From NCBI GenBank assembly GCA_951406725.2, contig OX597816.1, forward strand, positions 82,770,001 to 82,834,000: a stretch of DNA of 64,000 nt, read 5' to 3'. The notes below the pieces were generated by a model. That model saw only the letters and a program-made list of their open reading frames with translations. It was not told the origin of the DNA and made no database searches. Shown in pieces: positions 1 to 13,466 of the stretch. The stretch's first letter is position 1. The number at the start of each line of letters is the position of its first letter. The stretch comes from Octopus vulgaris (Eukaryota). The position numbers were made by a program, and so were the translations under genes.

Positions 1-83
1 GTCATTAAAAAGACAAATTTCTTACACAATATTATGTTTTTGGTAACATTCTCAACTGAGTGTTAAATGACTTTTATTATTGA

Positions 84-476
84 CTAGCAGTATCACCCGG
101 CGTTGCTCGGGTTTGTAAGGGAAATAATTATATAAGCATTTTTAGAGATGTAAAGTATAATAGCCATCTCAATATGGCTAACCACAAAGGGGGAGGGGTG
201 TTACTGTAGCTTTTTACGTTCTGAGATTTAATAATAAATTTTAGAGAGTTACTTCCCTTATATATGTCAAAAATGGATTAAAAATGGGAAAAATTGATGG
301 TAAATTTTTTTAAATCGTAGACTCATCGTAGACGCGTGCTAATACCCAGACGGTCTCGATATGAATCACGACTATAAGATACCCGGTTTTGGTTAAACTG
401 CACCGCAAAATGTGGGAGTAGTTAGGAATCTAAATCGTAGGAGACAGACACACAACCTCACTTTTATATATAAAGA
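84..476 (-). mobile_element. Non-autonomous Helitron
   Basis: Minus strand starts A|TCTTTATATATAAAA and ends CCCGAGCAACGCCGGG hairpin + CTAG|T; inserted at an AT dinucleotide. Confidence 0.75.
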
Positions 477-638
477 TTTCCTCTATTTACATAATATTGA
501 GGTCTCTTTCTTTCTTTTGTTATCTTACTGTTTTTACCAATATACATATATATATATATATAAATATATATATAGTTACAGAGATGTACTTGCATAGCAA
601 GTGACTTGATCTGAGATCGTGTGCTGGAACGAAAACAG

Positions 639-897
639 TTGCAGCGTTGAAGGTGTTTATAAGCCATTTAAGAAGCACACAAAAACCGTTAGATTCACTT
701 CAACATTTAAATTTAATTTGTCAAAATATTTTCGTCGCTTTGAGACCGCGACCTGTTAGCACGATATTTTTGTCAGTGAACAGGTCGCGGTCTCAAAGCG
801 AGGAAAATATTTTGGCAAATTAAATTTAAATGTTGAAGTGAATCTAACGGTTTTTGTGTGTTTCTTAAATGGCTTACAAACACCTTCCACGCTGCAA
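639..897. repeat. Fold-back inverted repeat (~120 bp arms), Penelope-LTR-like
   Basis: 639-757 is the reverse complement of 779-897 with few mismatches; (TA)n on both sides. Confidence 0.9.
769..819 (+). ncRNA. Variant type I hammerhead motif (G3:C8 core)
   Basis: TTTGTCA GTGAACA G GTCGC-loop-GCGAG GAAA ATAT TT TGGCAAA; the opposite arm supplies the perfect GCGAC and TGACAAA. Confidence 0.5.
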
Positions 898-974
898 TAT
901 ATATATACACACATATATATATATGTATGTATGTATGTATGTGTGTATATGTGTATGCATGTATGTGTGTGTGT

Positions 975-1195
975 GTGCGTGTCTGTGCTTGTGATTGTCC
1001 TCCACCACTGCTTGACAACGAATGTTGGTTTGTTTACATCGCTGTCACCTAGTGGTTTGACAAAGGAAACAGATAGAATAAGTACAATGCTTACAAAAAT
1101 AAAACTGGAGCTGATTCATTAAACTACAATTCTTCAAGGCATTGCCCCAGCATGGCCACAGACCAATGGCTGGAAAAAGCAGAAGAATAAAAGAA
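975..1195 (+). mobile_element. SINE 3' half (same family as 18222-18628)
   Basis: TGCTTGACAAC..GATAGAATAAGTAC..CCAGCATGGCCACAG tail matches the full copy. Confidence 0.7.
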
Positions 1196-1239
1196 TACAT
1201 TCTCTGCTTTGGTCTTATGTTCAAGGCATGAGAAAGCTT

Positions 1240-1545
1240 GAGTTTACATGAGAAGGCCTAACAGACCTGGTAGAAACAGCAGCCAAATCTCCCTCAAATC
1301 ACACCTTACTGTCTTATGTATGTATATATATATGAGCCAATGAGGGGGACCTCTACATGGTAGCTAGACCTGGTAGAAATAGCAGCCAAATTTCCCCCAA
1401 ATCACACCTTACTGTCTTATCTATGTATATATGTATGTATGAGCCTATGAGGGAGAACCCCTACATGGCAGCTAGACATGGTAGAAATAGCAGCCAAATC
1501 TCCCTCAAATCACACCTTACTGTCTTATGTATGTATATATATATA
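1240..1545 (+). repeat. Three tandem ~107-bp units of a dispersed repeat
   Basis: GGTAGAAATAGCAGCCAAATCTCCCTCAAATCACACCTTACTGTCTTAT repeated three times; similar core motif near 14150, 17340, 52170, 59665, 63725. Confidence 0.8.
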
Positions 1546-1949
1546 TATATATATATACAAGCCACTACGGTTATTTAATGTAAAGTCTTCCTCAAATCAC
1601 GCTCTCGCTATTTGCTCTCTTCCAAGAACATTTTCACTCACTCTTATCTCTTAGCTTCCCATACATTTTACTCATGTATCTATCAGCGTCATAGACAGAA
1701 ACAAATATTACATCGCCATCGCATTCTATTGTCTACCTGTCAACACACAGTGAATTAGTTTCAGTTTATTCGTTGCACACTGTGTGTGTGCGTTTGCGTG
1801 TGCTGTAACCCAAACTAAGAAAAGCATTTGACATATACACCAGAATGTGAGTTTTCTCTAAATTTTGCTTAATTGGGGTTGAAATTTTAAAAACCGGACC
1901 TGGCAAAACCCGATGCATTCTACTCTTAAAAATGCTAGGTAAATTGTAA

Positions 1950-3300
1950 TTGAAGAAATCCTATATTGTAGATTTCTATAACTGACAAAGGGAGGCAGAT
2001 AAAATCTGCCTTTTATAATAAGAGATGCTTCTGAATTTGAAGCAACAGCAAATGCTGGTTGTTCACTTGCTAGAATACTCTGAGAAATTGGATCAATATT
2101 GAACACAAATGCTGTACCATGGTATGGTATGTTGAAAGATTGAGAGATCTTTTGCAATAGAGACTGATAAGTATCTAGTGATATCCATTTTGAAAGGATT
2201 TCGATGTTCCAACCAAGCTTCTCACATTATTACTTCAAAATCATTCACATGGCTGGTAATAACTAAGTCATTATGGTGCTCACTGTAAACTAAAGTATGA
2301 TTCAGATCAACATGACATAGGTACTAAAGAATTAATTTTTGCTGATGCTCAGACAGTTGAAGATATAATGAATAATATTAACATATCTACCATTTATATT
2401 TAATTGTATTATTGAAAAAGTCTGTCTTGTCCAACAGTTTTAGAGTAGCAAATTGCTATACAATAATCTTAAATGGCTGTAGAGAATGATCTTATCTAAT
2501 AAAAACAAATTAGTTATTCTTAAAATTTATGTTAAAAGTTCTTTTCAAAATTCATGACACACACACACATGGGTGTACAACAATCACTGAAGAAAGCATG
2601 GGATTGTATTTCATGGCCTAATCCTGGTAGATATGCTGAAAAGTTTGTCAAATCTTGTGATAAATATGCTAAAATTGGATTCAAGGACACTTTTTGTACC
2701 GATAAATGGCTGAATCACAGCCTTGGGAAATATTACATATAGACAAACTAGGAACTTGTTCAAAATGCTAACAATACTGTTGATCATGGTTGGTTCAATA
2801 ACATCATATGATTGACTCATATTTATATTCCAGAAGAAGCTTAGAAATATCTATTTTCTCTCTTCTCTAGAGTTAACTTGACAGTGGGTCAAACAATGGA
2901 ACAAAATTCATTAAAAAAAGGACTGGTTAAATTGACTTTGGTGCAGAAAAATTGAAAGTCCTACCTATAGCCCAAAATCTAATGAGGAAGCAAAAAGAAC
3001 TGTGCAAACAATCGAGTCTGCATTAAAATGTCTAAGTCCATCAATTGGAAAGTTTGATGAATATTTACTAAACTTTTCAACCTTCACAATATATTTGATA
3101 AAAGCAAGTAATTTCCAGTTGAGAAATTACTTGGAAGACAATTGAAAGAAACATTAAATCTATTTTTTTATAAGGTTGAATAAAGGATTTATTATATGAG
3201 TAATACAAGGAAATTTCTTGCAGTTGCACATCATCTGATTCATGTGAGTAGAAAGACAGCTTGGATTATGTGAAAAGGAAAAAGTTCAGTTAGTGTCAGT
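1950..3300 (+). mobile_element. Decayed Ty3/Gypsy pol (integrase) remnant
   Basis: IHDTHTHMGVQQSLKKAWDCISWP..EKFVKSC (integrase zinc-binding region); PTYSPKSNEEAKRTVQTIESALK near 2960-3030 (integrase core); many stops. Confidence 0.65.
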
Positions 3301-4031
3301 TGAGCAAATAGCTCCCAAATATTCTACCACAAACACATCTAGTCATAATGATGTTATCTGTGAGCTGATTGCACCGTCTTCATATTTGTAGAGCTGCTGT
3401 TTTATCCTGTGATCTTTTGTGACAATATTTCTAACAGGTCAACATCATCAATTTCTCCAACTATTACGACTATTAATATCCAATCTTCGGCTTCTAGTAC
3501 CAATACTACTAAATCATACTAATCCTCACAGTAACTTAATGAGTTGCACAACATCACTGCACAAGAGCTGCAGAATTACAGAGAGAATTCAGAAGCCACA
3601 AATATATAATGACAAACATGAATTTAATCTTCCATGGTTGGGATAATATTGTAGTTATAGCATTGCTTTGTTCTCTAATATGTAAGTGTATCCAATTAAC
3701 ACCTGCTTATTGTATCTATTAACTCAAGTGGTGATATAATTGTAGAGCTAATATTGTCATGTCATTGCATGCTTGTGCATGACTAGGTCTCTTTAAGACG
3801 ACTATCAGTTTGATGTAGGGAACAACTTTTATGGTGTGGTGCTAATGTTCATGAATCATGATATCCAGTTATGACAAATGTTTGAAGATTTGGACTTATA
3901 TAATTATTGTAAACATGACAGTATTGAACACTTTTGTATTTTATATGAAAATAAAACATACACTCACTCTCTCTCTCTCTGTATATATATATATGGAATA
4001 GTTACTGTGAAGCATTGTGTAGAATATATTG

Positions 4032-4201
4032 TATAAAGGATCGTGAGTAAGGGTAGAACAATGTGAATTAAATGCTAAGCAAATCACAAGAAAATAAATA
4101 TATGAATTAATGTAGACTTAACTTGCTTTCAATATTTGTTTCCTCGTGATTTGCCTTGCATTTACTTTGCATTGTTCTGGCCTTACCCACGATCCTTTAT
4201 A
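4032..4201. repeat. Imperfect inverted repeat (~70 bp arms)
   Basis: TATAAAGGATCGTGAGTAAGG...CCTTACCCACGATCCTTTATA. Confidence 0.75.
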
Positions 4202-5867
4202 TATACAGTGATTGCTGCCTCTTGACAGAAGATGGTCATCACCTTTTAATTATTTATGCTTTAAAATTTTAAAACTCTTCATGAGCATACCTGTGCAAAA
4301 AGGCTTATGGAACCAGTTTCTAATTCGCCTGCTTTCCCGCAAATATAGCAGCCCTATGATAGGTTTTGAATCTTTCTGCAGGCGCATTTTTATGTACACT
4401 TATATGCTTTTTCAGGGCCCCAGTAGACCTATAAATCAGACACATCTTGTTTCAGCCTTGGAGGGAGTATGCTCCAGTATGAGTTTTGATTATGTCCCCT
4501 GCCATGCAACTGTTCATGACTAACTAATTCAGATTCTGAAAAGAATAGGCAGTTACAGGAAATACACATGAATCATCCCTCAAAATCACTAGCTAGTTGT
4601 TTCTGCTTTCAAACAGCCCATTTTATTTTCGCATGTTGAATTTTGTTCTCTTCAAACGTTTCACAAAACTTTCTTGATAGTACTATGCTGCATTGATCAG
4701 TCTAATTCAAATGTTTCCCAGTCTTGAGTTCTCGTATTTAAAAGTTTGAGGTTTGCCTTGACCCCCACCCCCGCCACACATTTAAGAAATTATGTGTACA
4801 ATTACTGTATGACTGCCTGTTACTGTTATGTTTAGAGCTCTACGTAGATTATCCTAATCCAGTCTGCTTCCTGTATAGTTGTTAATTAACTTCTATACTG
4901 AATAGTATTACTAATTATGAGCTACTGAGCAAATATTCGAAAAAATAAGGATTAACACATTTTTTAATGTCCATTTTCCATGCTGGAATAAGTTGGACAG
5001 TTTGACTAGAGCCGGCAAGCCAGAGAACTGCTTGGTTTCTATGGCTAGATGCCCTTCCTAATGCCAACCACTTTACAGTGTTCCTCAGGAAATGCTATAT
5101 TGTATCAGGTTGCAGGTAACTATGTCCAAAATTGGATGAATGGCAAAGCATTTTTGTTATGTCGCATGTTTGGATGACCTCTACTGAACTCTACTCCGCT
5201 CTACTCTACCGACTGCTACTCAACTGTGCTAGTCTTCTCCCTCTATATCTACATATTGGGCTAGCCTACTTCGTCGTCTGGGGGCGTCCACACAACAATT
5301 TTATAATTATTTTAGGAGGGAAGTGGGACAAAATGGTCAGCACTCTTAATACCAAGAACTAATGACTTTAAAAAGAGGATGAGATGACATGCTCTCATTC
5401 ACTCTTTCCTGAACAACCAGACTAAGCAATCTGCTTCTCTCCCATCAACCAAGATTCAAGTAAAGCAGAAACCAGAAGAATCTACTTTTGTTTCAGTTAG
5501 TCTTAGATGAAGACATATTTCACTTGAATGTGAGATCAATTTAGTACATCTGTATTTTGTCAGAGTCAGATGTTTTTTTAAAAATTTTATCTTAGCAACA
5601 TATTCTGTTTGCACTACATGTGTGACATAAAATGAACTGTATTTCAAAAATACAATTATAATGTTACTTCTGCAATATGTTTAACCTTTTTTTTATTTTT
5701 TATTAATGTTGTTATTGAAAATTATTGCTTTTTCTGCTTATTCAAAGCTGTTTATACAAGGAACATTTGGATGTATATTCATTCTGTTCAACCACATGGG
5801 ATTATTGTACCACTTAATTTTGCAGGAGGTCTGTCTCTTGGTGGTACATATAACATAAAAAAGAACA

Positions 5868-6821
5868 TTATCATCGTTTAATGCCTGTTTTCCATGCTGG
5901 CATGGGTTGGATGGTTTGACTGAGGATTGGCAAGTCAGTGGGCTGCACCAGGCTCCAATCTGATCTGGCAAGGTTTCTACAGCTGGATGACATTCCTAAT
6001 GCCAACCACCCTGAGAGTGTAGTGGGTGATTTTTATGTGCTTCCGGCATGGGAGCTAGTCAGGCGACACAGACATCAACCATGTTCGGAGGGTGGTTTTT
6101 AGAGACATTTGGGGGGCACTGGCATCGACCATATGTGGATGGTACTTTTTACATGGCACTGGCATGGGGAGCCAGTCAGGTGGAACTGACATCGACTTGT
6201 GCTTGAATGGTGCTTATTATGTGCCACCAGCATGAGTGCCAGTCAGGTAGCGCTGGAATTGGCCATGACTATGACTTCACTTGACTCAACTGGTCTTCTT
6301 AAGCACAGCATATCACCTGACAATTCAAGGGTACTTTTAAATGAGCTGGTTATGCTACACATCTCACTTTACTTGCTGGGTTTTCTCAATCACTGCATAT
6401 CTCCAAAGGTCTTAGTCTCTTGTCATTGCCTCTGTGTGGCCCAACGTTCAAAGGTCATGCTTCACCACCTCATCCCATGTCTTCCTGTCTCTACCTCTTC
6501 CACAGGTTACTTCCACTGTCAGGGTGTGACACTTCTTCACACAGCTGTCCTCATCCATATGCAGCACATGACCATACCAGCACAGTTGTCTCTTTTGCAC
6601 ACCACAGCTGATGCTTCTTATGCCCAACTTTTCTCTCAGGGCACTTACACTCTGTCGTGTATGCACACTGACATTACACATCCAACGGATCATACTAGCT
6701 TCATTTCTTTCAAGTCTACGCATGTCCTCAGCAGTCATGGTTCATGTTTCACTGCCGTGTAGCATGGCTGTTCGCACACATGCATCATACAATCTCCCTT
6801 TCACTCTGAGTGAGAGGCCCT
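5868..6821 (-). mobile_element. 5'-truncated RTE-clade LINE
   Basis: RRLERNEASMIRWMCNVS..LCWYGHVLHMD..GRGRDRKTWDEVV (RTE C-terminus); 3' UTR with ~60-bp repeats and a GAT-type tail. Confidence 0.8.
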
Positions 6822-7176
6822 TTATAAAATTTATTACCAAATATGTCTACAGACTTTAATCTATACTATACTAAATACACAGACATAAGCACCTTGTCTT
6901 TGTTTACAAGATTACCAGTAATTTATATAATTTATTGTTGTTTTTGCATACATATGTTTTACATTAGTGACATTGAAGTAATTGGACAGCATGTGTTCAT
7001 AAACTCTATTGTCCTTGGCTCTCTCACCAATATTTTTTAAATTGGTAACCCTGACTTCTGAAGGAAAGTTCATTTTCTGATAAACACCAATGAAAACTTT
7101 CAAATTTACAATCAACTTCCTGTTGTTACTACAATGATACAAGCAATGCCAGTATTTCAGTCAGTTGTAAGTTTAA

Positions 7177-7397
7177 CCCTTTAGCATTTAAACTGGCCAT
7201 ATCAGGTCAAAAGTATTCTGCCTGTTTTATGTTCAAACTGGCAAGATCTGGTCTATCACACCAACCCTACAATATCGTTTTAAAAATTAACAGCTACCTC
7301 TTCAAAATCTCATAGCTACAAGATAATGCATGATTAGTTCAAAACAATGTGGATAAAAAAGTATTAATTTTGGTAGAATAATGCAAACACTAAAGGG
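7177..7397. mobile_element. piggyBac-type MITE
   Basis: TTAA|CCCTTTAG...CTAAAGGG|TTAA: terminal inverted repeats and TTAA duplication. Confidence 0.8.
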
Positions 7398-8392
7398 TTA
7401 AAGCTGTTTCTTTCTATTCTAATGATCTGGCTCCCTGGTTTCCACATGTTGCAGCCCAGTTTCCTGACATGCAACATAACATGAAAGCTACACTTTTTGC
7501 CTGCGTTATACATACACTTCATTTGAAAATTTAGCAAACCAGCTATGAAGTAACAATTCAGATGTAGCAGTTACTAGGCAACTCAAATTAGTACTTGCAA
7601 ATAGCACAGGGAACTTTACACTGAAAGGATATGCCACCGCAACACTATTACCAATGCATAACCTATTGAAGTTGAAATTCATAGGTTATAAAAAATTTTT
7701 TGTTTTAACTCACTTTTCACATATACTAAAACACTAATATTTTACTCTTTACTACAGACTCTGTTTTATAAGGGCACTTTTATCTCATGTACACATCATG
7801 CAGGCCTACTTGCACCTTACGCACACAACAAGCAAACTCACTTGCATCTTGTGCAGACTTCACAAATGCTCATGTGCATTTCATGCACACTTCATGCATA
7901 CACACTTGAATCTTCTGTGTGTATTCATGGTATATTTTGTCAGTTCCTTTGCCAATTCTCCATCTGCAACATCCAATTTTGAGTATATTTGTATCATCAT
8001 TTGGTTTACCCCACCGTAAGTGAAGATATGTTTCAACTGAACATGTTGAATTTCCCATCTTTTTATCTTAGCAACATATTCTGTTCACACAAAATGTGTG
8101 ACAGAAGAAATAACTTTATTTCAAAAACATAAATAATTCTACTTCTACAACATGTTTAAATCAAACCACATTTATTAATGTTGTAATTGAAAGCTATTGT
8201 TTTTCATTCTGTGAATTATTGTCTCATTCAAACACTGTAAATGAACACAAACTTTGTAAATAAACATGTTCTGTTTAACCACATAGAGTTAGGCTAGTAG
8301 AGGTCTACTTTTCTTGTGGTACATAAAATATAAAAGAGAACTTTTATAATGTATTGCTGCTGTCCTGTCTGCATATCTTCTACATTTTTATC

Positions 8393-8446
<54 letters not shown>

Positions 8447-8523
8447 CACACACACACATTTTATATACATATATATTATTTATAAATATATTTGTATCCA
8501 TGTATGTATATATGTGTATGTGA

Positions 8524-8570
<47 letters not shown>

Positions 8571-8574
8571 CATA

Positions 8575-8975
8575 AAATATAATTCAGAAAATGGAGATGT
8601 AGCATTAATATAATTTATTAACTACAAAAATCCAACATATTCTCTAACAGCTGTTTCAATTTTACCCAAAGATTAAATTACAATAATTAAACCATTGTTT
8701 TGGGCAAAATCTCATCAGAAGTGTAGAAAAGACATACTGTTAGGTTATTAGTTGTTATGTTTCCAAAATATTTTAACAGACTGTTGAAATGTTTTGGAAA
8801 AATAACGAGTAATAACCTAACGGTGTGTCTTTTCTACTTCTCTTGAGATTTTGCCCAAAACAATGGTTTAATTATTCCTTTGGGTAAAATTGAAACAGCT
8901 GTAAGAGAATATGTTGGATTTTTGCAGTTAATAAATTATATTAATGCTACATTTCCATTTTCTGAATTTTATTTT
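8575..8975. repeat. Near-perfect ~400-bp palindrome with a hammerhead motif in each arm
   Basis: Centre near 8780; minus 8641-8722 CTGATGA GATTTTGCCC..GGGTAAAATT GAAA CAGCTG TT; plus 8838-8907 has a core deletion (CTTGA). Confidence 0.88.
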
Positions 8976-9199
8976 GAATATTCATAAACCAAGATTTATA
9001 TGTAGATCTATTATTTTATGAAAATCACTATTCACAAAAAAATACTAGGCAATGAACCAGTAATTCATTGGATATTTTTATCCCTTTATGAGGCTATTTT
9101 AACCTCTAATTAAATTATATATACATACATACATAAATTATATGTATATATATATACATACACACACACAACAGATATAAGTCTACATATGCATGTATA

Positions 9200-9284
<85 letters not shown>

Positions 9285-10129
9285 ACATTTGGTTTGAAGG
9301 CAAGAAGTAAAGATGCATATCCTTGAACAATTTCTGCTTGAGGAGAAGTACAGTATTATTCATTTGTATATGGCATTGTTTTATATATGACTTATAAACA
9401 GGTTGGTCTTCAGTGTTTAGCCTCTAAAGTTTTTTTTAATATAGCACTATGATGAAGTTAGTGAAGCTGATTTCAACTGGGCTTTTGTAGAGGTAACAGC
9501 AGCATACTTTCATAACTTAAGCTTACTATAACTTACCATGGAGAAACAAATGTTATCTTCATTCTTCTCTCTCTCACTTTCGCTATCTGTGTGTGTGTGT
9601 GAGCGCATGTAGACCCTCTGTGTATGTACACTATGTATGTATATACTCTATGTATTTATGTAGTATACATATATATATGTATATATATATGCTCTGTGTA
9701 TATATTTCTTTGTGTAGCTACTTTCGTTTTCTCTATATCTATACAGTACATAGATACACATACATGCACGTACATATTTGTGAGAGCATTTGTGCATGTG
9801 TATGTCTGCACTCATCTGTCTTTGTATGTTCATATAATTGTGTATGTGTGTGTGCATGCACTTTTATGAATGGAATGTATATATGTATGTGTGTAAGTGT
9901 TTTCATTAAAAGAAAGTGATGTGCATTTCTTTTCCATTATTGGACTATTGAAAAAAATGTGCAAGTTTTCTTTTTATTTGGGAAGAGGTCTTGATAATAC
10001 ATCATCTATAAAAGAAGTAATATAAAAAAAAATAGTTATTATCATGTTGAAAATATTATCATAACAAACAATACTAAAATCACAGCTATAAGCACCATCA
10101 TCCTAACCATCACAATTATCATCACCACA

Positions 10130-10480
10130 GCCTTCACAAACCATCACAATCATTATCACAACCTTCACAATCATTATCATAACTTTTATAATCATTATCA
10201 CAACCATCACAATCATTATCACAACCTTCACAATCACTATCATAACTTTTATAATCATTATCACAACCATCACAATCATTATCACAACCTTCACAATCAT
10301 TATCATAACTTTTACAATCATTATCACAACCATCACCATCATGACTTTTATAATCATTATCACAATCATTATCACAACCTTCATAATCATAATCACAACC
10401 ATCACAATCATTATCACAACTATAATTATTAACACAATCTTCATGACCATTGTCATAACTATCACAACCATTACAATCAT
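10130..10480. repeat. 21-bp minisatellite (ATCATTATCACAACCATCACA-like)
   Basis: Tandem units with regular variants. Confidence 0.85.
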
Positions 10481-11219
10481 TTTCAGAATCTTCACACTAC
10501 CATCATTACAACTTTCTCAATTAACACCAAACATCACAACCATTTTGACAAATACTACTACTACTACTCTCATGGCTGCTGCTGCTGCCCCCCCCCCCCG
10601 ACCTGTGGAATTTAATCTATTCACCAAACTGTCTCACTTGCTCTTACTATTCCCTTAAACACTCATATATTTATGATCATCTCAAGTACAAGACAAAAGT
10701 TGAAACTAAACAACATTCAATAATACCTTTAATGATAACTGGAAATGATAATAATGATGGTAATAATGGTAATAAGAACAATTTAGCTAAAACTCATGTT
10801 GGATCGGAGGAAATATTAACAATGACAAATAGTAGTAAAAAAAATGAAAATAATAATATCAGTGATGATGATGATGATGATAATAATAATGAAAGGAAGC
10901 AGTTGGAATCTCCCTATGCTCTGATTGATGATACATCTAGTGATGGTGTCACAATAAAAACACTGGTAATTGCGCAACCTGATAATCGGTACCACATATG
11001 AGTGACAATGAAAAATCAAAATATTGTGAATAACGGTGATAGTGAAACTGAAGCCTTTGATGGTGACAGTGTTACACCTGGCAGTCTCAGAGATACTGGT
11101 CCGATTCCAGCCTGTCGTTATCCAACAAGGGACCAGCACACACAGTGTAGTTGGAACAAACAAATCAATGCTGTGATCATGCACAGTACAAAGATCAGTG
11201 GGGACAGGCATGTCACCAT

Positions 11220-11706
11220 TAGGCATCATCGAAAATGATAATGCAAAGATCCTATGGGATTTTATGATTCAGTGCGACCATGAGATAGAGAATAGGAAGC
11301 CAGACATAGTGTTAATTGAGAAAGAAAGCAAACAATGCTGGATCATAGATATAGCATGCCCAGCTGACAACAAGGTATGTGATAAGGAAGACAGAAAAGT
11401 CAATAGATATGACAGGTTAGCTTGGGAGGTAAAGCAGTTGTGGTCAATGAAATAGGTGGTAGTAGTACCAATAATTGTCGGAGTCTTGGGAACAGTGATT
11501 AAAAATCTTGAGAAGTACATGGAACAAATAGGGGCTGCAATATGGGTGGAGCACTTGCGGAAAACAGCACTGCTTGGAATCACTCGAATACTCCAGATGG
11601 TGCTCAAAAAATAAGGGGTGTTACTTTAGCTCACAGGTTGCAAACAGCTGGCACCATAGTACATCCCCAGCGTTAGAAGCTGTGCAAAGACAATAAATAA
11701 TAATAA
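11220..11706 (+). mobile_element. R4/Dong-type LINE 3' fragment (restriction-like endonuclease)
   Basis: ILWDFMIQCDHEIENRKPDIVLIEK..IIDIACP..RYDRLAWEV..VPIIVGVLG; one internal stop; (TAA)n tail. Confidence 0.8.
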
Positions 11707-11975
11707 TATTTATTATTTTATTTCTAAAATAAGTGCAGACCTATAAATTTAGAGAAATGTACAGTCAATTAAAAAAATCCCAGTTCTTATCAACCCTAAA
11801 ATGATGAAAATAAAACCTACCCCAGTGAGACTTGAACACCACACATAAAGGGACAACGTATTTTGTCTGTTGTGCTATTGATTTTACTATCACCAACCTC
11901 GTGGACCTGTTATTATAATTGTATGAAAGCTTGTCTTGCAAAGGAAAATTATAAGTGGTAATAAAACGAACTTAC

Positions 11976-12227
11976 TTTGGCAAACTTTTTCGTAGTAGTT
12001 GACTGATTTCTCTTCAACAAATAGCAGCTGGTTTAACATATAATGTGCTGTTTTACTCAAATGGCAAATACGATTTTTCTCACTGTATTCAAATGACACA
12101 CACCACTTTTTACTTTTACATTTAGCTGAGCATTCTTCAAAACTTATATTGAATATTCTTTCATCATTATGGCTCACAATTTTCTTCGCTTCCCATTTTT
12201 TGAATTCCAATTTGCCTAAAAGACAAT
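11976..12227 (-). CDS. PAN/Apple domain exon
   Basis: poly-T cag|AT...CAA A|GTAAGT, 252 nt, phase 1-1; DCLLG..SFEECSAKCKSKKWCVSFEYSEKNRICHLS..VNYYEKVC is the typical PAN pattern (C, CxxxC, CxSFxY, CxL, YYEKxC). Confidence 0.88.
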
Positions 12228-12664
12228 CTGAAAAAAAAAAAAATCCCTCAAAATATATCGAAAGATTTTAGATTTATAGTAAAAGAAAGGTAAGAATGAA
12301 AGTCCTGTTCATTCATGAAAGAAATTGCTTATAAAGATGAATGAAAACTGTTTATGGATTTTGTTAAATTTCTGCTAACAACTTGAAGTTACACCTGATT
12401 ATTATGACATAATTTTAAATGCTTATAACCTCTTTATTATTTCGTTTTTGGATTTGGTTTGCAAGATTCTTTATTATTAATTTCTACAAAAAATGAATGT
12501 GACTTCCATCACCAGCATGCAAAATTTTATCAGAACTATATTTTAGGAAAATTATTTTGGCGAAAATTTGAAGTGGCTGGAAGACATCTAACAAGATTCC
12601 TGTTCATTAATTTGTAGTGTTAAATTCAATTCCTAAATTAGCAGATTGATAGTCAGCAATAGAT

Positions 12665-12697
<33 letters not shown>

Positions 12698-13164
12698 ATG
12701 TACTTGTATGTGTGTATGCGTGTGCTTGCATGTGTGCATGCATGTTTGTATGTGTAAACAGCAACATAACAAAAGAAAACTTGCAACAATCTCTGTCAAA
12801 TTTTTAGAATCTGGACACTGGACTAAATCATAACAATCCTAAGCCAAGTGAAGGACATCACGCAGACCCACTGCCCTTTTATGTACACTTCTAGGAATTT
12901 TAGAATTACAAAAGCAACTCATCCTTAACATCACAAATCCACACTTGTCTTCTTGAAATCACATGGAGTTTCATTATTATACCCAATCATCACACTACTC
13001 ATGAATAAAGCAAAAAATAAAACAACAAAAACTGGATATATGATAGGCATAAAAAATAACAAAAACAATCCAAAAAGTGCTCCTTTAGCAGGCCATTGTC
13101 CTCAACAAACTTACATATGCACTCTCACAACAAATGCATAATATGCATAATACATATAACACAT

Positions 13165-13199
<35 letters not shown>

Positions 13200-13466
13200 A
13201 ACACAAATACTAATATATAAAATATCACATGCACATATGATGGGTACGGTTTGATGCTTCAATTCCTCACATGAAAAATTACTGGCAAACACACAAACCT
13301 CCAGATACATGTATAGTTCTCAGGCATATATACAAAAGCCAGATGCAAATATGACGCCTTTGAACACTCCTACAACAGTATTTTAACATCCCTAACTCTT
13401 TTATTGTGGCCAGAGAAACTGACACATCTTAACACAGAAAAATGGCTGCAGGATTAATGTAAGCCC

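Noticed and set aside
7870-8058. Cys-containing minus-strand ORFs as the terminal exon
   Set aside because: No convincing acceptor or domain pattern
9537-9586. Possible 50-nt exon after PAN (NSESEREKNEDNICFSM|GTAAGT), minus strand
   Set aside because: Phase fits and the donor is good, but the acceptor lies in (CA)n without a pyrimidine tract and no following exon was found
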